From positions 13,454,001 through 13,518,000 of the forward strand of contig NC_043018.1 of assembly GCF_006345805.1 (NCBI RefSeq): DNA of 64,000 nt, read 5' to 3'. This document shows positions 1-64,000 of this stretch, one piece after another. The stretch comes from Octopus sinensis. Taxonomy: Eukaryota. How positions within the stretch are numbered: the stretch's first letter is position 1; each line of letters begins with the position of its first letter. Under the pieces are notes generated by a model. It saw only the letters and a list, made by a program, of their open reading frames with translations, made no database searches and was not told the origin of the DNA. A program made the position numbers and the translations under genes.

Positions 1-586
1 TACAAAGCAAGACTTTTTAGGATGAAGACCTGCTTTTGGGGTGGCTAAGGGTGGCTCATGTCGCTTACTCCAGGATCGCTTTCCCTGAACATTTCGGATT
101 TTGAACGACGGATTTTGATAGGTTGAGGCTTTCTATCAATTCTCGGGTTGTACAATGTGGGTTATTCTCAATTAATGACTTGATTTGGTCATCATCTGTA
201 GTGGATGGTCTGCCTGATCGCTCTTTATCAATAAAGCTACAATCTCCAGCTCGGAACCTTGCGGACCACTTCCATACAGTTCTTTCGGGTAAAGAAACAT
301 CACCGTAAACTGCACATATTTCTTTGGTTGCTTGTGAGGCATTTTTTCTCTTTTCAGATAAAGAAAAGCATCACGCACTGAAAATGAACTTTCTTATCTT
401 CCATTTTAAAGGGTTAGAAAATGAACACAGGTTATAGGAACATAAACCTTCTTCCACGAAAAGATAGCTTAAACTGTGCTCTGAATGGAGGTGTAGTCAA
501 ATCCTATTTTATGGACTCAACCGTGTTCTAAAATAAGTCGAAAGGTAAGCTCCTATAAATCGGCATGAACTTTCCGGACAACCCAA
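1..586 (-). mobile_element. mariner transposon, left end and N-terminal transposase pseudogene
   Basis: TIR ttgggttgtccggaaagttcatg ends at 586 next to TA. ATG at 404 (MEDKKVHF); frameshifted HTH ASQATKEICAVYG..ERTVWKWSARFRAGD..RSGRPST. Confidence 0.88.
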
Positions 587-1506
587 TATAATAAACTGAA
601 ACTGTAATTAAAATTTTCAGAGAACGAAAGAATGAGAAGGGTTCGTGTTTACTATTTTTGTTGATTGATAGAGATATATCTATTACAACGCGTATGGACC
701 CTCCTCAAAATGCATAACACATAGCGTTACGCTTAACATACAGCACATCAAAATTAGAAATACGAGCATATTTCACATATCGTTAAAACAGACGTGACAC
801 ACACCACTCACCATAAAAGAAATCTACATGAGCGAATATAAACACATATTTCCATTATTTTTAGCAGATAATAAATCAGGTTTTGCCTGACTGCTCTTCG
901 TGAGCGTTGTTAATTGAACCATAGCAAGTCCTGCAAATAGTTACTCAAGATATTAAAATTATGGTGGGAGAATGAATATTAGAAACTCCAATGTTGTACA
1001 AGCCATGAGAAAGAATGTAAGAAATTTTATGAGATATTGAGTTTGACAACTTCAGAGGGCGGATATCAGTGAAATGTTGTAAGGAAAATATGGAAGACTA
1101 GGTGCAACGTAGAAGTTATTACGACATCATAAAAGTTGAAATTAGATGAGAATAAAATGCGAATCATGAAAACATTGTAGAGATTTAATCAATTTGTAGC
1201 ACTTTTATTGTTCATAAATTATCTTCAAGAATGCTATCATGTAGTATGTATGTATGTATGTATGTATGTATGTGTGTGTGTAAGTATGTATGTATTCTTT
1301 TATACTTTCTTTTACTTGTTTCAGTCTTTTGACTGTGGCCATGCTGGAGCACCGCCTTTTAGTCGAGCAAATCGACTCCAGGACTTATTCTTTGCAAGTT
1401 TAGTACTTATTCTGTCGGTCTCTTTTGCCGAACTGCTAAGTTATTGGGGATGTAAACACACCAGCATCGATTGTCAAGCGATGTTGGGGGGGGGGGGGAC
1501 AAACAA

Positions 1507-1541
<35 letters not shown>

Positions 1542-2493
1542 CGATGAGCTTCTTTCAGTTTCCGTCTACCAAATCCTCTCACAAGGCTTTGATCGGCCCG
1601 AGGCTATAGTAGAAGACACTCACCCAAGGTGCCATGCAGTGGTACTGAACCCGGAACCATGTGGTTCGTAAAGCAAGCTACTTACCACATGTACGTGTGT
1701 GTGTGTGTAGTTGTGAATAATGTCGAATGTTGTCATTAATGAATGTGCTATAAGAAAGTTGTCGGGAAATGGTGTTTTGGAAGAAATATGTGTGGGGGGG
1801 GGGAGTTTAGATATAACGCAAATATAGGTCATACTAAAAATACCAGATAATAATCCACAGGTATCTGTATTAGGAGAGGGCGTTTGTCTTGAGAATAAGT
1901 GTGTTACTAAGGCGTAAACAGAACTAATAATTAATTTCTTAAATTGCACTATGTAACACATTTTTCCTATCTTCGCCGAGTAAGTGTTATTTCCTATTTT
2001 CTTTCTCTCTAGAAATCAAAAGGGGTCACTACTTAACCCTTCAAACTTTGCTTTTGTGATTTGCACATCAATGTTTCCAAACGAACCCATTTTCCATCAC
2101 CATTTCAGATCCAGTGCTGAATGAAGTTGAAGCAGAAACAGCCTTATAGCAAATATTCTGCTCAATACCATTTCGCCCGATGCGCAAACGATTTTGCCAG
2201 CTCACAACGCTCGGTCTGGGAATCGAAACCGCGATCCTACAACCGCGAGTCCGCTGGCCTAACCACTGGGCCATTGCGCCTCCACACACACACACATATA
2301 TATATACATTCAAAATGTGACCGCGTGTGTACCGTTGGCGATTTTTTTTCCTCTGTCTTCCCTTCTCCTATATTTCCGACGAAGAGCTCCGCTTGAAACG
2401 TTAAACCCTCCTTCTTTCCTGAGCGTCCAATAATACCACATTTGTTCCACGTCCTCGCGTTGTTGTGTTTTTTTGTGCTTCTTGTTTGGATTA

Positions 2494-2566
<73 letters not shown>

Positions 2567-2700
2567 TGCATGTATGTACGTATATATCATGTATCTATTT
2601 GTCTGCGTACCTCTTAACCACCTACACTTTTTTTTACTCCGGTTTGTATTAGGTTTGTACTATACGTTTGCTAACGAATCTCTTTCCAGTTTTCATAAAT

Positions 2701-59854
<57,154 letters not shown>

Positions 59855-60997
59855 GTGAGATAAATAAATAGACCTTAACCCTTTAGTGTTCGCATTATTC
59901 TGCCAAAATTAATCCTTTTGCATCCACATTGTTTTGAACCAATCATGCATTATCTTGTAGCTATGAGATTTTGATGAGGTAGCTGTTAATTTTTTAAAAT
60001 GATATTGTAGGGTTGGTGTGAGAGACCAGATCTGGCCAGTTTGAACGTAAAACAGGCAGAATACTTTTGGCCAGATATGGCCGGTTTAAATGCTAAAGGG
60101 TTAACCAACATAGAGAGCTTCCATGCATGCAGTCACTCAATCTGCTAGAAATAGTAACCCAAAATATCCCTTAAATCACATCCTACTCACACACACACAC
60201 ACACACATGGCTTTTTGGTTTGATGCTTTTCTTGATGAGGATGGGGGTCATTCCAAGTTAATGGTCCCAGGAGCATCATTGTGTATGGAGCTGACCAGTT
60301 CCACCAGTGCTCTCCATTGCTGGCGGTCCTGTACCAACTGCTCTGCATTCTCCAAGATGACATCAAACCTCTGGAGATCTTCCTTAATCATGCCCAGCCA
60401 TCTAACACAGGGCCTGCCACAAAGCCTCTTCCAGTCCACAGCTGCTGCATCAAATAAGAGTAAAGCCCTGGTAGGATGATCTAGAGGGAGACGGGTGGGG
60501 GGAGACATGTCTCTGCCAGCACATGTGAGAGACAGGTATGAGGTGGGAGGCTGCAGGCTGGTTCATGCATGCATGTAGGTCTTTCTAATTTAATATTCAC
60601 ACACATATATATCGATACATGTGTGTGTGTGTGTGTGTGTGTGCATGTGTATAAATTATTCTTTTATTCTTTTATTTGTTTCAGTGATTTGACTGTGACC
60701 GCTGGGGGAAAACTCATAATGTTCTTTATAAAGAAGATCTATCATAACTTGGTGTTATGGGTTATCTATTTCAAGTATATTATTCGTTGCTGATCTCACA
60801 TATTTTTTTTTATGCCAATAATGTTAGAATCACTAATCATCACAATAATTATTTTTAAAAAACTAATTTCAAATTTTTGAATGAAATCTCACTATTATCT
60901 TTAACCCGAGCAATGCTGAGTACTTCTACTAGTGTGTGTGTGTGTGTATATATATATATACATATGTGTGAGAAGGGGAGAGAGGAAGAGAGAAAGG

Positions 60998-61032
<35 letters not shown>

Positions 61033-61985
61033 GTAAGTATCACTTTGAAAATCTTTCCCTTTTAAAGTGGTTGCTACTTAAATGTATTTTATTACTACTT
61101 AAAATATTTTTAGAAACTATTTTTACTTCTTCAAGATGCTTGATCAGCTTCTCAGCTTAAACAGGCAATGAATTTGACTGTCTTTGGGTCACTGAACTTT
61201 GCCTTTCATCCTTTCAGTTGTGAAAACTGCTTTAAAATAAAATTGAGTAACGATACTCCTGTGGACAAAAAAATGTGGTCAGCAGCCACCACAGCAATTT
61301 GAACTTTGTACCTCTCAATCGTGGCTGAGTACTCTTACCAGGAGTTGTTTAGTTCAATGGAACAGAATGCTGTACCATCTAAAGCTGTTTTCACAACTAT
61401 TCTGCATTTGAGACGTTTTTTAGTTTCTAAAAATATATCATTCACTCAGTGGCTGTGTGGTAAGAAGATTGCTTCCAAATCACATGGTTCTGGGTTCAGT
61501 CCCACTGCATGGCACCTTGGGCAAATGTCTTCTACAACAGCTTTGTGCTGACCAAAGCCTTGTGAGTGGATTTGGTAGACAGAAACTGAAAGAAAGCAGT
61601 CATATGTGAGTGTGTGGTGTGTGTGTGAGTGTGTGTGTGTGTGTGTGTGTATCTATCTGTCTGTGCTCCAGCATGGTTGCAGTTAAATCACTGAAATTAG
61701 TAAAAGAATAAAAGAAAAAAAGAATATATATATATATATAATATATATATATATATCTGTAAATGTAATATGTGACAATTATTTGGTAGCCATGATAAAA
61801 CTCCGAGTTTCGGATGTCAGGGTGGAAATCCAGTTATCTGGTCATCTGGTCATCTTCAGTTCTGGTCATTAGAAAAAATGCTATAACATTTTTTCCGATG
61901 GCCAAATAACTTAAGGTTTTATCTATTCCTCTATTTACATAATATCGAGGTCTTTTTCATTCTTTTGTTGTCTTACCATTTCTAT

Positions 61986-62021
<36 letters not shown>

Positions 62022-62221
62022 ATCTTCGGCATCCGTCCGTCTCGAGAGTCGATGGTGTAGCTTGGAAAAGGTGGTGGGCTTATTTGCCCTTCCTGGTGTC
62101 GTTGTGCAGACTAATCATCGAGTGGCAGTCTCTACCACATCTGGTGCAAGTGAAAGGGGACGAGAGCTGTGGTTGCTGCTGCTGCTCCCTTCGCCTAGTT
62201 CCCTTTAGTTTAGTTTGTATA

Positions 62222-62262
<41 letters not shown>

Positions 62263-62376
62263 CGTGATCACCGTGACCAACCAGTCTATCAGATGTTGCT
62301 ACACATCGCTGGTCACAATGCGCTTCGCATTGTTTCAGCCTTTAAATGACGCCACCCTGCTGGCTAAGCGAGCAGG

Positions 62377-62419
<43 letters not shown>

Positions 62420-62422
<3 letters not shown>

Positions 62423-62665
62423 CACCAACCGATCATGTCCATTGCCAGCCTCCTCTGGACCCTGTGCGGGTGGCATGTAAAAAGCACCCGCTACACTCTT
62501 GGAGTGGTTGGCATTAGGAAGGGCATCCAGCCGTAGAAACACTGCCAGATCAGACTGGAGCCTGGTGCAGCTTCCTGGCTTCACAGACAACAGTCAAGCA
62601 GTCCAACCCATGCTAGCATGGAAAATGGACGTTAAATGATGATGATGATGATGATGATGATGAAA
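62420..62665 (+). mobile_element. RTE-related short retroposon / LINE 3' end with (GAT)n tail
   Basis: ggttggcattaggaagggcatccagcc motif; copies at 56985-57220(-), 58530-58700(-), 62900-63100(+). Confidence 0.75.
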
Positions 62666-63319
62666 TTGGGATTTTAAAGGAAATAAACAATTATGCTTAC
62701 AGGTATTTGTGTGGCAAAGGTGCTATGCACTCCCAGTTGAGTGTCACCTGAGTGTCACCTGATAGGTTTATTGAAACTTCAAACATAAAGTGCAATTATA
62801 GGGGGAAGCATTGACATTATAGTCCAAGTACACAATGTAGGGCACTCTGATGAGGGATCTTGTTTCGTGAATTATTTAGGGATCTCACTAGTGCTGGTGT
62901 ATTGATAAAAATAGCACCCAATACACTCTGTGAAGTGGTGGCATTGGTAGGGCATTCGACCATTGAAACCATACCAGGGTAGACATTGGAGAGCAGCACA
63001 GCCCCTGGTTTGCTGGATCCTGTTGAACCATCCATCCATCCATTCAAACCCCAGCAGGGAACACGAATGCTAAATGATGAGGATGATAATGATGATATAT
63101 GTTCATTATGTTCAAAACAGTTCTCCGGATCTACACTTTCAGAGTAAGTAGAGGTAAATTGGTGGATGATACAGGACATTGTAGAGAGCATGGAGTGGTG
63201 TCAGAAGGCAAAGGCTGATAGATGAGGCCCTTATGAAGCACTTCAATTCTGTAGAGGTTGGTACACCGAGCAACCACAATGCTCTCTCTGTCCACCATAT
63301 ATATATGCGTGAGTATGCA

Positions 63320-63351
<32 letters not shown>

Positions 63352-63975
63352 ATATATATAATATAATATATATATATATATATATACACACATACATATA
63401 TATATATATACATACATATATACATACATATATATATATACATACATATATATACAATACATATATATACATACATACATACATACATACATTATATATA
63501 TCTTTTATCTGTTTCAGTCATTAGACTATGGCCATGCTGGGGCACTACCTTCAAGAATTTGTAGTGAAATAAATCAACCCCAGTACTTACTATTTTTTGA
63601 AAGCTTGGTACTCATTCTGTCAGTCTCTTTTGCCAAACTGCTAAGTTACAGGGATATAAGCACACCAGCACCAGTTGTCAGGCAGTGGTGGGAGACAAAC
63701 ATGGACACACAGATGCACACGTTGATATATACATATGTATACAATGGGCTTCTTTTCAGTTTCCTTCTAAGAAATTCACTTACAAGGCTTTGGTTCAGCC
63801 CAAGGTTATAGTACACACACACACACACACACACACATATACTTGCCTATCTGTTGTACTATTATAAAAATAAAAGTGCTTGTCACTGCCCTCTCGTAAC
63901 CTAACACTCCTCCTTTTGAAAATATCTCCTGCAAAAGGATGTTTGGTGACATTTCTGTGTTCTTCCCACTTCCAG

Positions 63976-64000
63976 TCAAAACATTTTCTAAAATAGATTG
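63976..64000 (+). CDS. Candidate start of next TMC exon (runs off the window)
   Basis: Long pyrimidine tract + cAG at 63975; the 25 visible nt are open in phase 1 (VKTFSKID). Weak. Confidence 0.25.

Noticed and set aside
61063-61076. Possible terminal exon (tttaaAG|tggttgctacttaa giving VVAT*)
   Set aside because: Short chance-level frame, weak AAG acceptor, no supporting homology.

Overview
Repeat-dense animal genomic DNA, very probably octopus (inferred from recalled SINE families and extreme microsatellite load; no database search was run). One multi-exon gene spans almost the whole window on the + strand: a transmembrane channel-like (TMC1/2/3-subfamily, TMC3-like) putative mechanosensory channel. 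I assembled it by hand from 19 frame-consistent GT-AG exons (2701-56589, 2410 nt). Two further phase-compatible C-terminal exons (to 59854, about 875 aa in total) are plausible. No stop codon is reached, and most exons are missed by the ORF track. Introns hold several tRNA-derived SINE families, mariner/maT/Tc1/pogo transposon relics, non-autonomous Helitrons, RTE, R4/Dong, CR1/L2, Tx1-like and Penelope-like fragments, fold-back elements and very long microsatellites. The most unusual observations are a minimal hammerhead-ribozyme motif with an intact core plus degenerate relatives, a TSD-flanked insert resembling only the 5' end of a LINE inside a complete mariner, head-less tandem SINE multimers, a diverged duplicated 150-bp structured unit, and unusual TM4 pore-lining residues in the TMC. 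I found no clearly new biological system; these are leads. Repeat boundaries are approximate unless termini or TSDs are given.
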